This document shows positions 36,033 to 45,945 of a stretch of DNA of 64,000 nt, piece after piece. Numbering within the stretch: the first letter of the stretch is position 1; every line of letters begins with the position of its first letter. The notes under the pieces were generated by a model. The model ran no database searches and was not told the origin of the DNA. It worked only from the letters and a program-made list of their open reading frames with translations. This stretch comes from an uncultured bacterium (GTDB lineage: Bacteria > Patescibacteriota > Minisyncoccia > Phycocordibacterales > UBA2100): the NCBI GenBank assembly GCA_903858755.1, contig CAIOKC010000032.1, positions 29,930 to 93,929 of the forward strand, in the 5' to 3' direction. A program made the translations under genes and the position numbers.

Positions 36033-37727
36033 GTGGCGACACAATTCAACGAAAAAAAGCAGGAGGAGCGCCTTGAAGAGCTCCGCGCGCGCGAAGAAGA
36101 GCAGCTCGCCGAGATGCTCTCACACAAATACGGAGTCGAGTACGCCGACCTGACCTCGAAATCCATCGAGACCGACGCGCTGCGCCTCATCGACGAAAAG
36201 GTCGCGCGCGCGACCGAGATCGCGGCATTCCGCAAACAAAATAAATTGATCTTCATCGCGATGCGCGCGCCGGAGCGAGCCGATGCGCTGCAAGCGATCA
36301 AAGACGTGGAGAGTCTCGGCTACCAGACGAGGCGGTTCATCGTCTCGAAGGCATCGCTCGATCATGCGTGGGACCGCTACCACGATCTCTCGTACGCGAC
36401 GGAGACCGAGGCCGGCATCCTCACGCTCTCCAACGAAGTCATCCAACGCATGATCGAAGAGCTTAAGACCCTGCAAGACGTGCAAGCGGAGATCGCGACG
36501 CACGCCGGCTCGAAAGACGTGCATCGCATCTCGCGCGTACTCGAGGTCATCATGGGCAGCGCGCTCTCGCTCGGCGCGTCCGATATCCACCTCGAGCCGG
36601 AAGACGCGGGGGTCCGCATGCGCTACCGACTCGACGGCGTCTTGGTGGAAGTGACTATGTTCGATGCGCCCACCTACGCGCTCGTCTCCTCGCGCATCAA
36701 GCTGCTCTCAGGGCTGAAGCTCAACATAAAAAGCGCGGCGCAAGACGGTCGATTCTCTATCGTCGTACACCAGAAAGAGATCGAGATACGCACCTCGGTC
36801 TTGCCGGGCGCGTATGCGGAGACGATCGTGATGCGCGTCCTCGACCCGACGACGATCGCGCTCCCGATGGAAGCTCTCGGCTTCGATAAGTACCTGATGG
36901 ACATCTTCACGCGCGAGATTTCGAAGCCAAACGGCATGATCCTGAATACCGGACCGACCGGAAGCGGTAAGACCACGACCTTGTACGCCTTTTTGCGCCA
37001 GGTGCACAACCCGGGAATCAAGATCGTGACGATTGAAGACCCGATCGAATACCACTTGCCCGGCATCGTGCAGACGCAAGTGTCGAAAGACTACTCCTTC
37101 GCGCTCGGACTGCGCTCGACACTCCGCCAAGACCCCGACGTGATCATGGTCGGTGAGATCCGCGATGCCGAAGTGGCGGCGACCGCCGTGCATGCCTCGC
37201 TCACCGGCCACCTCGTCTTCTCCACGCTTCACACCAACGATGCCGCGGGCACCTTCCCCCGCCTTATCGACATGGGGGTAAACGCCGACATTCTCGGCGC
37301 CGCGGTCACCGTCGCGATGGCGCAGCGCCTGGTGCGGCGGCTCTGCCCCGTCTGCCGCGAGGCGAAACCGATCGGTGCCGCAGAGCGCGCGCTGATGGAG
37401 CCGCTTTTGAAAAACATCCCACATGCGGACGAACTCCCCGCGAATCGCGAGACGATGTGGACGCCGAAAGGGTGCGAGAAATGCGGCGGGCTCGGATACA
37501 AGGGGCGAATCGCCGTCGTCGAGGCGGTGCTTATGGATCAAGAGATCGAAGAGTGCGTGCGGCACTCATCGAGCGAGCGCGATATCTGGAAAGCGGCGAA
37601 GCATCAGCAGATCCGCCGCATGGCGCAAGACGGGGCGGTAAAAATATTGCAGGGTGTAACCTCGCTCGACGAACTCTCGCGCGTCGTCGACCTGCACGAC
37701 GAGGTGATGCTCGCGGGTATCGCGTGA
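36033..37727 (+). CDS. pilB: Type IV pilus assembly ATPase PilB / GspE family
   Basis: Walker A LNTGPTGSGKTTTLYAFL, Asp box, Walker B and His box (VGEIRD...TGHLVFSTLHTNDA), and a C4 zinc motif (CPVCRE...CEKCGG). Confidence 0.9.
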   Translation: MATQFNEKKQEERLEELRAREEEQLAEMLSHKYGVEYADLTSKSIETDALRLIDEKVARATEIAAFRKQNKLIFIAMRAPERADALQAIKDVESLGYQTRRFIVSKASLDHAWDRYHDLSYATETEAGILTLSNEVIQRMIEELKTLQDVQAEIATHAGSKDVHRISRVLEVIMGSALSLGASDIHLEPEDAGVRMRYRLDGVLVEVTMFDAPTYALVSSRIKLLSGLKLNIKSAAQDGRFSIVVHQKEIEIRTSVLPGAYAETIVMRVLDPTTIALPMEALGFDKYLMDIFTREISKPNGMILNTGPTGSGKTTTLYAFLRQVHNPGIKIVTIEDPIEYHLPGIVQTQVSKDYSFALGLRSTLRQDPDVIMVGEIRDAEVAATAVHASLTGHLVFSTLHTNDAAGTFPRLIDMGVNADILGAAVTVAMAQRLVRRLCPVCREAKPIGAAERALMEPLLKNIPHADELPANRETMWTPKGCEKCGGLGYKGRIAVVEAVLMDQEIEECVRHSSSERDIWKAAKHQQIRRMAQDGAVKILQGVTSLDELSRVVDLHDEVMLAGIA

Positions 37728-37813
37728 GAAACTTTCTACACCACAAAACCCCATTGCGTGCGCGCAATGGGGTGGTATCGTTTCCGCAGGTAGTTTCGCA
37801 CGGGAGGTGAGCA

Positions 37814-37926
37814 CTATAGGGTGATGCTTTTGTAGAAAAGTTGCGACCGGGTCCTAAGGATAGCGGCAGCGGTATGCCGCAAGCGGCAGAACCGCCGCGT
37901 CCTCGGAAAAGTCACCATCACCCTAT
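37814..37926 (+). ncRNA. Candidate structured RNA (long-range 12-bp stem enclosing a GC-rich domain with an SRP-RNA-like GGUCC...GGA.AGC.GCAGC motif)
   Basis: ctatagggtgatg (37814-37826) pairs with catcaccctata (37915-37926). The interior contains GGGUCCUAAGGAUAGCGGCAGCGG (compare E. coli 4.5S RNA GGUCCGGAAGGAAGCAGCC) and a GCGG-UAUG-CCGC hairpin. Intergenic between pilB and ruvB. Confidence 0.25.
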
Positions 37927-38062
37927 ACTGCGCGCCTCTCAGTGCAAAAGAAAAAGCGGATGTATTCCGCTTCTAAGTGAAGTATAGCATACCAGAGCCA
38001 TTTGTCAAGGCAATTACGCAAGCCCGCGCGCTCCCCCTTTTCGGGCATCGCGAGGTCTTTCT

Positions 38063-39076
38063 ATGTCAAAACCTCAAGAAAACACCCCAGAAAAAGCCGG
38101 TCGCACGCTTGATCAAGCGTTGCGCCCCGCCGATTGGAGGGAATACGTCGGGCAGCCGACGATAAAAGAGAATCTGCGCATCCTCCTCACGGCGGCGAAG
38201 GGTCGCAACCACCAGCCCGAGCACGTGCTTTTGTACGGACCGCCAGGGCTCGGTAAGACCACGCTTGCACATCTGATGGCGAAAGAGATCGGCGCCTCCC
38301 TTCGCTCCACCTCCGGTCCCGCAATCGAGCGCGTGGGCGATCTCGCAAGCATCCTCACCAATCTTTCTCCGGGCGACGTGCTTTTCATAGACGAAATCCA
38401 CCGTCTCAATCGCACGATCGAAGAAGTCCTCTACCCCGCGATGGAAGCGGGCGTGCTCGACATCGTCATCGGCAAGGGACCTTCGGCACGCACGGTGCAG
38501 CTCGAGCTTCCGCCCTTCACGCTTATCGCCGCGACGACGCGCATCTCGATGCTCTCCGCGCCGCTTCGCTCGCGATTCTCCGGCGGCACGTTCCGATTGC
38601 AGTACTACGCCGACGACGAAATCGCGGAAATCCTTCGACGCTCCGCGAAGATACTGAATATCCCCATCGACGCCGATTCGCTTATGGAGATTTCCCGCCG
38701 CTCGCGCGCGACGCCGCGCACCGCCAACTACTTGCTGAAACGCGCGCGCGATTTCGCGGAAGTAAACGGCGAGTCGCTTGATATACGGACGGTGAAAAAA
38801 GCGCTCGCGCTCCTGGAGATCGACGAGCGCGGACTCAATCAGACCGACCGCGATATTCTCACCATCGTCGTCGAGAAATTCGGCGGCGGACCGGTGGGTC
38901 TGAAGACGATCGCGGCTGCGCTCTCCGAAGAAGAGGCGACGATAGAAGAGGTGAACGAGCCGTACCTGATGCAGACAGGGCTTCTCGAGCGCACCCCGCG
39001 CGGTCGCACCGTGACCGCCAAGGGACACGAGCATATCGGCGCGGATGCGCCAAGATCGCAATCCGCATTGCTCTAA
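38063..39076 (+). CDS. ruvB: Holliday junction branch-migration helicase RuvB
   Basis: LLYGPPGLGKTTLAHLMA (Walker A), DVLFIDEIHRL (Walker B), sensor and winged-helix regions. Confidence 0.95.
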   Translation: MSKPQENTPEKAGRTLDQALRPADWREYVGQPTIKENLRILLTAAKGRNHQPEHVLLYGPPGLGKTTLAHLMAKEIGASLRSTSGPAIERVGDLASILTNLSPGDVLFIDEIHRLNRTIEEVLYPAMEAGVLDIVIGKGPSARTVQLELPPFTLIAATTRISMLSAPLRSRFSGGTFRLQYYADDEIAEILRRSAKILNIPIDADSLMEISRRSRATPRTANYLLKRARDFAEVNGESLDIRTVKKALALLEIDERGLNQTDRDILTIVVEKFGGGPVGLKTIAAALSEEEATIEEVNEPYLMQTGLLERTPRGRTVTAKGHEHIGADAPRSQSALL

Positions 39077-39154
39077 ACGCTCGCGCTGCTGGGGATAAGA
39101 AAGAAAATGTCTGTCTGCGGCGTGTACACTAGCGGTACGCGCACGGTAAACAAA

Positions 39155-39186
39155 GACCTCCCTTCCGGGAGGTCTTTGCGTTTCGG
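39155..39186 (+). terminator. Intrinsic terminator after ruvB
   Basis: aaagacctcccttccgggaggtctttgcgttt: 9-bp stem, then a T-rich tail. Confidence 0.5.
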
Positions 39187-39651
39187 TCATTCTGAATCTC
39201 GGTGAGCGTACTCGCTTGGATCGATATGATCTCCTCGCGCGAGCAAGAGCTTGGTGTGCATCCGAACTCGCTTCACCCATCCCACCACTCCTGACCGACT
39301 GTTCCCGCAGTGTCCTCAAGCTTTCGCAAGACAAGACTCACGGAACTGATATTCGGCGCATCGGGTTTCCCCGCCCTGCCTCCTATCGCCGACGCACGGT
39401 AAAGCGCATCAGACTTCAGATGATACACGGCGCATTTTCTGCGCATTTTTTCAAAAAGTCGTGTTTCCGGGGATATGTTGTGCACCGAGCTGTGTATAAG
39501 CATGTGCATAACGGCGTGGATATGAAAGAGGTGCGTGGCGGGTTTGTCTGGCACGCGAACGACCGGCACAGCGACAGCGCACGTTTTTACGCCCTACTTG
39601 GTGCAGTGCTACGCGGCGCAAAATAGCCTTTTCACGCTTAACCATACGTAA

Positions 39652-39918
39652 TTAGCACCAGAGGTGCTTGTAAATATCTTTCTCATCCAGACCACATTTA
39701 GCAACCAGAAACTCTTCCACGAAGTCTTTCAAGAGGTGTTTATTCACAGGGCTTGTCCTTGGTATTCCAAAAGCATGCCCAGTTGCCAGATGCCTAATCT
39801 TTGTGTGTTTCGAACTCCAGAACAGAGTTTCAAATCCTCCCAACTTGTCTATTGCCCCAAAAACATCATCGGGAGTACAGGCAGCGAGTTTGGGTTTACC
39901 CCCTCTTGGCTTGACCAC
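39652..39918 (-). CDS. HicA-family type II toxin (putative)
   Basis: 88 aa; ...SSKHTKIRHLATGHAFGIPRTSPVNKHLLKDFVEEFLVAKCGL fits the HicA pattern (gSHh...hp.tg...iP.H...i..g.l..ilkq.gl). In an AT-rich islet. Confidence 0.5.
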   Translation of the reverse strand: MVKPRGGKPKLAACTPDDVFGAIDKLGGFETLFWSSKHTKIRHLATGHAFGIPRTSPVNKHLLKDFVEEFLVAKCGLDEKDIYKHLWC

Positions 39919-39927
39919 ACAAAGGAG

Positions 39928-40284
39928 TTAGCAAACAGAGTCCTGGAGAGTTAAGGTTGTCTCACTACTACCGCGCTGCTCAATTTCTTTTTCCATAGAA
40001 ACGAACTGATTGAACATCTCCTCGATGCGGACATGTTGTTCCGTAAGTGGCATATAAAATCCGACGTCTTTTCTTTCATTCTCCGGTATTTCAAAGTAAG
40101 TCAAAATTGCATCATTTACCATCAGTAGCAATTCTGCTGAACTGCTTGCTTGCGTATAGCAATCAGAAATTTTCCCATCTGGCGTTGAGATTTTTGCCCA
40201 AAGACCATCGTCGTTATTCTCAATACGAACTTCCACTCGGATTGGAAGGCGACTTCTATATTCTTGAGTTTTTTTGTCGTCCAT
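39928..40284 (-). CDS. HicB-like antitoxin (UPF0150 fold, putative)
   Basis: 118 aa; N-terminal ...VEVRIENNDDGLWAKISTPDGKISDCYTQASSSAELLLMVNDAILTYFEI fits the HicB/UPF0150 RNase-H-like pattern. Located 10 nt upstream of hicA-like. Confidence 0.5.
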   Translation of the reverse strand: MDDKKTQEYRSRLPIRVEVRIENNDDGLWAKISTPDGKISDCYTQASSSAELLLMVNDAILTYFEIPENERKDVGFYMPLTEQHVRIEEMFNQFVSMEKEIEQRGSSETTLTLQDSVC

Positions 40285-40444
40285 ACTTCCTTAGACGCCT
40301 GCTCCCCATCATTTTTACATGAGTTTGATGACGTCTGGATGAACTATATCCCCAATTGGGGAAATCTCATAATTATGGGATGAAGGGATAGGCACTGATA
40401 TGAAAGAGCGCCGCCCCCAGGGGGGGCGGCGCGGGTATTCCGAC

Positions 40445-40723
40445 TCAGGCGGCGATCCGAGGACGAGACGCTTTCTGAATACGCTGCTTGAGTTCGCGGA
40501 GATCAGCTTCAGCGACTGTCTTTTGCACCTTGAACCACAGCGAGCAATCCGTATGGCGGATGACTTCTAATCCGGCGTTCGGATTGATCGCTCGCATGAT
40601 GCCCAGGACTTCATCGTTGTCCGGGAAACGCCTCGGGAGTTTATCCCAAATCAGCATGTACTTCTTCGTGGCTTTATCCGAGCTCTCCTCGATCAGATGC
40701 AGCTCAAGTTTTGATTCGGACAT
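40445..40723 (-). CDS. Hypothetical protein
   Basis: 92-aa ORF; no recognisable family. Confidence 0.3.
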   Translation of the reverse strand: MSESKLELHLIEESSDKATKKYMLIWDKLPRRFPDNDEVLGIMRAINPNAGLEVIRHTDCSLWFKVQKTVAEADLRELKQRIQKASRPRIAA

Positions 40724-40840
40724 CCCTGCCTCACTTTCATTTCGAATTCAAACTTCGCCTAGGATACCCGCGTATTCTGATTTGTAAATACGCGGGGCGG
40801 ATTTTTGCATTTTTGTTCCTCCCGGCGCATACTCGATTGC

Positions 40841-41371
40841 ATGGCAGGACACAGCAAGTGGGCACAGATAAAGAGGCAGAAAGGAGCGAATGACGCCGCA
40901 AAAAGCAAAACATGGGGCAAGCTCGGACGCCGCATCAGCGTCGAGAGCAAAAAGGCAAAAGGCGACACGAGCGCCGCACCCCTGCGCGCGGTCATCGAGA
41001 AAGCGAAGAAGGAGAACATGCCGAAAGACGCGATCGAACGCGCCGTCGCCAAGGGAAGCTCGACAGACGCAAGCACGCTCGACTCGATCACTTACGAGAC
41101 GTATGGTCCGGGCGGCGTCGGCATCATCATCGAGACGCTGACCGACAGCCGCAATCGCACCGCGCAAGAAATCAAGCACCTTTTGAGCGAGCTGGGTCTT
41201 GCGCTCGCCGCTCCGGGGAGCGCGGCGTGGGCTTTTGAAAAGACTCACGAAGGGTACGCTCCGAAGACCACCGTCGCGATTTCAGACGACGACGCAGAAA
41301 CACTGGCTCAGATTGTGGAGAAAATCGAGGCGTACGACGACGTGGAAGAGGTCTATACGAACGCTGAATAA
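40841..41371 (+). CDS. YebC/PmpR-family transcriptional regulator (short form)
   Basis: MAGHSKWAQIKRQKGANDAAKSKTWGKLGRRISVESKKAKGD... is a canonical YebC N-terminus. Confidence 0.8.
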   Translation: MAGHSKWAQIKRQKGANDAAKSKTWGKLGRRISVESKKAKGDTSAAPLRAVIEKAKKENMPKDAIERAVAKGSSTDASTLDSITYETYGPGGVGIIIETLTDSRNRTAQEIKHLLSELGLALAAPGSAAWAFEKTHEGYAPKTTVAISDDDAETLAQIVEKIEAYDDVEEVYTNAE

Positions 41372-41420
41372 CGCGCTACCCTGAGTACACGACCTTCCAC
41401 GCAAAGAAAAGGAGGCGGTC

Positions 41421-41819
41421 GTGAAGCTCTTTCAATACATTCTGTGCATCGCGGCGCTGACTGCGAACTTTCCTGCGTTCGGACAAAAGATCGAGCGCGC
41501 AAACGCGAACGGCTCGTACTCGGCATTCTGCGACACTCCGGCTCTTCTGCGGGAATACGTCGCACTCGTTGAAGACGGCGCTGAGCCCGTCGACGTCGCG
41601 GAAGCGGTGAGCAAAAAAGCGAAGCGGCGTTTCGCATGCATCGTCGATCACATCGCGTATTTCGCTGAGGACGAGGAGCACGGTCGCATCGTGACGAAAA
41701 ACGCCGTGTACAGCATACGCAAGATCGTCGTGGTCGGCGTCGCGCGCGCCGGCAATTACATCCGGGTGCCGATGCGAGGCGGCTACGGAGTCGTCCTCGT
41801 GCCGGCGACAAAATCATGA
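41421..41819 (+). CDS. Hypothetical secreted protein
   Basis: 132 aa with an N-terminal signal peptide (MKLFQYILCIAALTANFPAFG). Confidence 0.35.
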   Translation: MKLFQYILCIAALTANFPAFGQKIERANANGSYSAFCDTPALLREYVALVEDGAEPVDVAEAVSKKAKRRFACIVDHIAYFAEDEEHGRIVTKNAVYSIRKIVVVGVARAGNYIRVPMRGGYGVVLVPATKS

Positions 41820-41911
41820 TTACACACTGCTCCCACGGGGAGCGATGCGGGGGATCACTCTGATGCCCCGCTTTTTTCTGCTGGTATCATTCTGCTGATA
41901 TCATTCTTTGC

Positions 41912-42409
41912 ATGAGAGTCTTCGGCATAGACCCGGGATACGGCAGATGCGGCGTTGCGGTGGTCGAGAAACAAGAAGGCAAAGAGGTGCTCCTCTATTC
42001 CGACTGTATTGAGACGCCTATGGGTGCGGAATTTGCCGCGCGACTCCTTCGCGTCGCCGACGAGTGCGCCCGGCTCATACGGGAGTACGCGCCCGACAGC
42101 ATCGCCATGGAAAAAGTATTTTTCTCCAACAATCAAAAAACGGCGATGCAGGTTGCCGAAGTGCGCGGCGCGCTTATCAATTGCGCATCGGGCTTTGGAC
42201 TCACCGTGTCCGAATACTCTCCCGGTGAAGTCAAAGTCGCGATTGCAAACTCAGGGAAAGCAGACAAGAAGCAGATCGCTGCGATGCTCCGCATGCTGAT
42301 CGCAATCAAAAAGCCAATCAAGCGCGACGACGAATACGATGCGATAGCGATCGCTGTCGCCCATCTCGCCCTGAAGCATGGCGACGAAGCGAGAAAACGT
42401 CTACAATAG
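41912..42409 (+). CDS. ruvC: Crossover junction endodeoxyribonuclease RuvC
   Basis: MRVFGIDPGYGRCGVAVVE...; RNase H-like fold with catalytic D/E positions. Confidence 0.9.
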   Translation: MRVFGIDPGYGRCGVAVVEKQEGKEVLLYSDCIETPMGAEFAARLLRVADECARLIREYAPDSIAMEKVFFSNNQKTAMQVAEVRGALINCASGFGLTVSEYSPGEVKVAIANSGKADKKQIAAMLRMLIAIKKPIKRDDEYDAIAIAVAHLALKHGDEARKRLQ

Positions 42410-42414
42410 ATCGA

Positions 42415-44835
42415 ATGCGCCGGATACGAAAGTGGTGGCGGATGATGCCCGCATGGATGGAGCTTCCGCTCATCGCGATCGCGGTCGCGTTTTTTGTGCT
42501 GATAGGATTTTCCGTGCTCTGGGCGACCTTCGCGCCGCTCCCGTCGATCGACAATTTTGAAAATAGACAAGTCGCGCAGTCGACCAAAATCTACGACCGC
42601 ACCGGCAACGTCGTCCTCTACGATGTGCACGGCACCATGCGGAGGACCGCCATCCCGCTTGAAGAAATGTCGGAGTATCTGCGCGAGGCGACGATCGCCG
42701 TCGAAGACGACACGTTCTACACCAACGCCGGCTTCCGACCACAATCATTCGCGCGCGCTATCTGGACCAATCTCATGCAGGGAGACCTCCTGACGGGGCA
42801 GGGCGGCTCGACGATCACGCAGCAGGTCGTGAAGAATTCCCTCCTCACGCAGGAGAAGACCATTACGCGGAAAATAAAGGAGATCATCCTTGCACTGCGC
42901 CTCACCAGAGCGTACTCAAAAGACCAGATCCTCCAGACCTACCTCAATGAGACGCCGTACGGCGGTACCATCTACGGCGTGCAGGAGGCAAGCCAGTACT
43001 TCTTCGGCGTCGACGCGAAAGACGTGGATCTTGCGCAGGCGGCATATCTCGCGGCGCTTCCGCAGCGACCCACCTACTACTCGCCGTATGGGAACCACCG
43101 AGAAGCGCTCGATACGCGCAAGAATTTCGTGCTCTCGCGCATGAAGCAGCTCGGACTTATCAGCCAAGAAGAATACGATCAGGCGGCAAACGAGATCGTG
43201 CAATTCCGCGCGGAAGCCGAAGCGGGCATCAAAGCGCCGCACTTCGTCTTTTACATCCGCGAATACCTTGAGCAAAAGTACGGAGCGGACATTGTCAATC
43301 TCGAAGGACTCCACGTCATAACGACGCTCGACTACGAGCTCCAGAAAAAAGCGGAGGAGATCGTCGCGAAGCACGCGCCCGGCATGCAGCAGAATTTCGA
43401 CGCATCGAACGAAGGTCTCGTCGCGATCGACCCGAAATCCGGTCAGATACTCGCGATGGTCGGATCCCGCGGATACTTCGACGAGACTATCGACGGACAG
43501 GTAAACATCACAGTCGCGCACCGGCAGCCGGGATCGAGCTTCAAGCCGTTCGTCTACGCGGCGGCATTCGAGCAGGGCTACACCCCGGAGACGGTCGTCT
43601 TCGATCTCAAAACTCAGTTCTCCGCGTATTGTCAGCCCAACGACTTCTCAGAGACCGCGCCCTGCTATTCGCCGAACAACTTCGATGGGAAATTCCAGGG
43701 TCCCATCACCTTGCGCAACGCGCTCGCGCAGTCGGTCAACGTCCCCGCCGTCAAGACGCTCTACCTCACCGGCATCGACAACGCGCTGCGCGTCGCAAAA
43801 GAGCTTGGCATCACGACGCTCGGCAACGCAAACCAATACGGACTCACTCTCGTCCTTGGAGGCGGAGAAGTAACCCTCCTCGAAATGACGGGTGCGTACG
43901 CGGTCTTTGCAAACGAAGGAGTCAAAAATCCGCCGACTGGCATCCTGCGCGTGGAAGACAAGAAAGGAGTGGTGCTTGAAGAGTACGCCGAGCAGGGCTC
44001 CCGCGTTATCGACTCGCAGATCGCCCGCCTCATCAACGACGTCCTATCCGACAACGTCGCGCGCACGCCGGAATTCGGCGCGGATTCGCCGCTCCATTTC
44101 TCGGGCTACGACGTCGCGGACAAAACCGGCACCACCAACGACTACCGCGACGTGTGGATCATCGGGTACACGCCGTCGATCTCCGTCGGCGCGTGGGCGG
44201 GCAACAACGACAACACACCGATGCAGAAAAAGATCGCCGCCTTTATCATCGCGCCGATGTGGCACGAATTCATGCTCGCCGCACTTGAGAAATACTCCTC
44301 CCCTTCAGACGCGTTTGAGCCGCCCGCGCCCGAGACGGCTTCCCTTCCGCCCGTTCTTACCGGCAATTGGAATACCGACCCTTCGCAAGGGGTGCATGAG
44401 ATCCTCTACTGGGTCAACAAAGACGACCCCCGCAGCGGGCGACCGGTAGACACTGCAGGCGACGCGCAGTTTCCGCGCTGGGACTACGCGGTACAGCTGT
44501 GGGCAGGGCAAAATCCCGGCGCGATTGGCGCACCAATCGGCATCACATCGGGCGGCGTCGAGGCACCGCCAGCGGATTTTTCGATATCGTCTCCGCAATC
44601 CGACGTGCTCATTCCGTGGGGTGTCCTTGTGAGCGCAATCATCACTCCTCCGCAGTCCGGGAGCGTCAAATTCGTCACGTACTACCTAAACGGCGCGTTC
44701 GCGGGCGTCGCCTCGCAGGCACCCTATTCGCTATCCATAAGACCGGACATGCGTGGTCCGAATACGCTACGCGCCGTAATGACGAAACAAGACGGCACCA
44801 ACACCGAACGATCAGTCTCATTCGTCGTGCAGTAA
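42415..44835 (+). CDS. Class A penicillin-binding protein (PBP1A: glycosyltransferase + transpeptidase)
   Basis: GT51 motifs (EDDTFYTNAGF; GGSTITQQVVKN; RKIKE), then transpeptidase SxxK (PGSSFKPF), SxN and KTG (ADKTGTT). Confidence 0.9.
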   Translation: MRRIRKWWRMMPAWMELPLIAIAVAFFVLIGFSVLWATFAPLPSIDNFENRQVAQSTKIYDRTGNVVLYDVHGTMRRTAIPLEEMSEYLREATIAVEDDTFYTNAGFRPQSFARAIWTNLMQGDLLTGQGGSTITQQVVKNSLLTQEKTITRKIKEIILALRLTRAYSKDQILQTYLNETPYGGTIYGVQEASQYFFGVDAKDVDLAQAAYLAALPQRPTYYSPYGNHREALDTRKNFVLSRMKQLGLISQEEYDQAANEIVQFRAEAEAGIKAPHFVFYIREYLEQKYGADIVNLEGLHVITTLDYELQKKAEEIVAKHAPGMQQNFDASNEGLVAIDPKSGQILAMVGSRGYFDETIDGQVNITVAHRQPGSSFKPFVYAAAFEQGYTPETVVFDLKTQFSAYCQPNDFSETAPCYSPNNFDGKFQGPITLRNALAQSVNVPAVKTLYLTGIDNALRVAKELGITTLGNANQYGLTLVLGGGEVTLLEMTGAYAVFANEGVKNPPTGILRVEDKKGVVLEEYAEQGSRVIDSQIARLINDVLSDNVARTPEFGADSPLHFSGYDVADKTGTTNDYRDVWIIGYTPSISVGAWAGNNDNTPMQKKIAAFIIAPMWHEFMLAALEKYSSPSDAFEPPAPETASLPPVLTGNWNTDPSQGVHEILYWVNKDDPRSGRPVDTAGDAQFPRWDYAVQLWAGQNPGAIGAPIGITSGGVEAPPADFSISSPQSDVLIPWGVLVSAIITPPQSGSVKFVTYYLNGAFAGVASQAPYSLSIRPDMRGPNTLRAVMTKQDGTNTERSVSFVVQ

Positions 44836-44847
44836 ACCCTCCCCGCG

Positions 44848-45945
44848 CTACCGATTGAGCGGCATGACGAGGTAGATAAAATCGGGGTCGGAGACGCCCT
44901 TGACGATAAGCGGTCTTCCCGCTCCGGAAAAAGAGAGAACGATCGAATCCGATGCGACCGTAGGAAGACAATCCGCGAGGTACCCGATATGGAAATTGAT
45001 GTCGATGTCCTCGCCGGAGAGCGCGGCATCGATCGAGTCGGACATTTCTCCCACATCCGCGCTCCGCGCCGTTGCGGAACATACTTTCTTTTTCGGATAC
45101 ACATGAAGCCCGACATGCTGGTCGCCGCCTGAAAAGACGCGCGCTTTCTTCAACATCTCGGCGAAGTCGCTCTTGAGAAGGGTCGCTTCGGTCGTCGCTG
45201 TCTTCGGTATGATCTCCTTGTAATTCGGAAACACAGCGTCCACGACGCGCGAGACGTAGCGAGCGCCGCCGCCCTCAACGATCATCTGCGAGTCGTCCGC
45301 CGAAAGCCGCACCTCCTCGTCGCTCACGCGCTCGAGAATATGCACAAGCTCAAGGGCATGCTTCAGGGGTATAAGGAGCTCGACCTCGCCGCCGCCCGAG
45401 ACACCGACAATCCGCTTCTCAGCGAGACGAAAGGAATCAGTCGCTACACAAGTAATATGCTTACCGTCGATACTCACATACACGCTCCCCAATTCTGGTC
45501 TGATCATCGATGGAGACGCCGCGTAGACGACGCTTTGGATGCCGCGCATCAGATCTTCTCGACCGATCACGACACCTTTTTTCCCGTCCACGACCCCAAA
45601 CGATGGAAATTCGTCGTGCGGAACCGCTTTTATGAGCGTTTTCGTGCCTCGCGACTCGACAAGCAAATTACCCTCATCCGTCTGGAGCGTCACTGTATTT
45701 CCCGACAACGAACGAAGCGTCTGCGAGAAGATTCCAGCTGGTACAGCAACGATCCCCTTCTCCCCCACCTCACACTGGCTCACCACCTCCACACCGGCTT
45801 CGAGGTTGGTGGCTCGGACAGAGAGCTCTTTCCCCACATCAAGAAGCACGCACGAAAGTATAGGGAGTGTCTCTTTTTTCCCCGTGATCCTTTCTGCAAG
45901 AAGAATTGCGTTAAGGATTTTTTCTTTCGGGATTGTTATGCGCAT
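44848..45945 (-). CDS. dnaN: DNA polymerase III beta subunit (sliding clamp)
   Basis: 365 aa, MRITIPKEKILNAILLAERITGKKETLPILSCVLLDV...; three-domain clamp pattern. Confidence 0.9.
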   Translation of the reverse strand: MRITIPKEKILNAILLAERITGKKETLPILSCVLLDVGKELSVRATNLEAGVEVVSQCEVGEKGIVAVPAGIFSQTLRSLSGNTVTLQTDEGNLLVESRGTKTLIKAVPHDEFPSFGVVDGKKGVVIGREDLMRGIQSVVYAASPSMIRPELGSVYVSIDGKHITCVATDSFRLAEKRIVGVSGGGEVELLIPLKHALELVHILERVSDEEVRLSADDSQMIVEGGGARYVSRVVDAVFPNYKEIIPKTATTEATLLKSDFAEMLKKARVFSGGDQHVGLHVYPKKKVCSATARSADVGEMSDSIDAALSGEDIDINFHIGYLADCLPTVASDSIVLSFSGAGRPLIVKGVSDPDFIYLVMPLNR

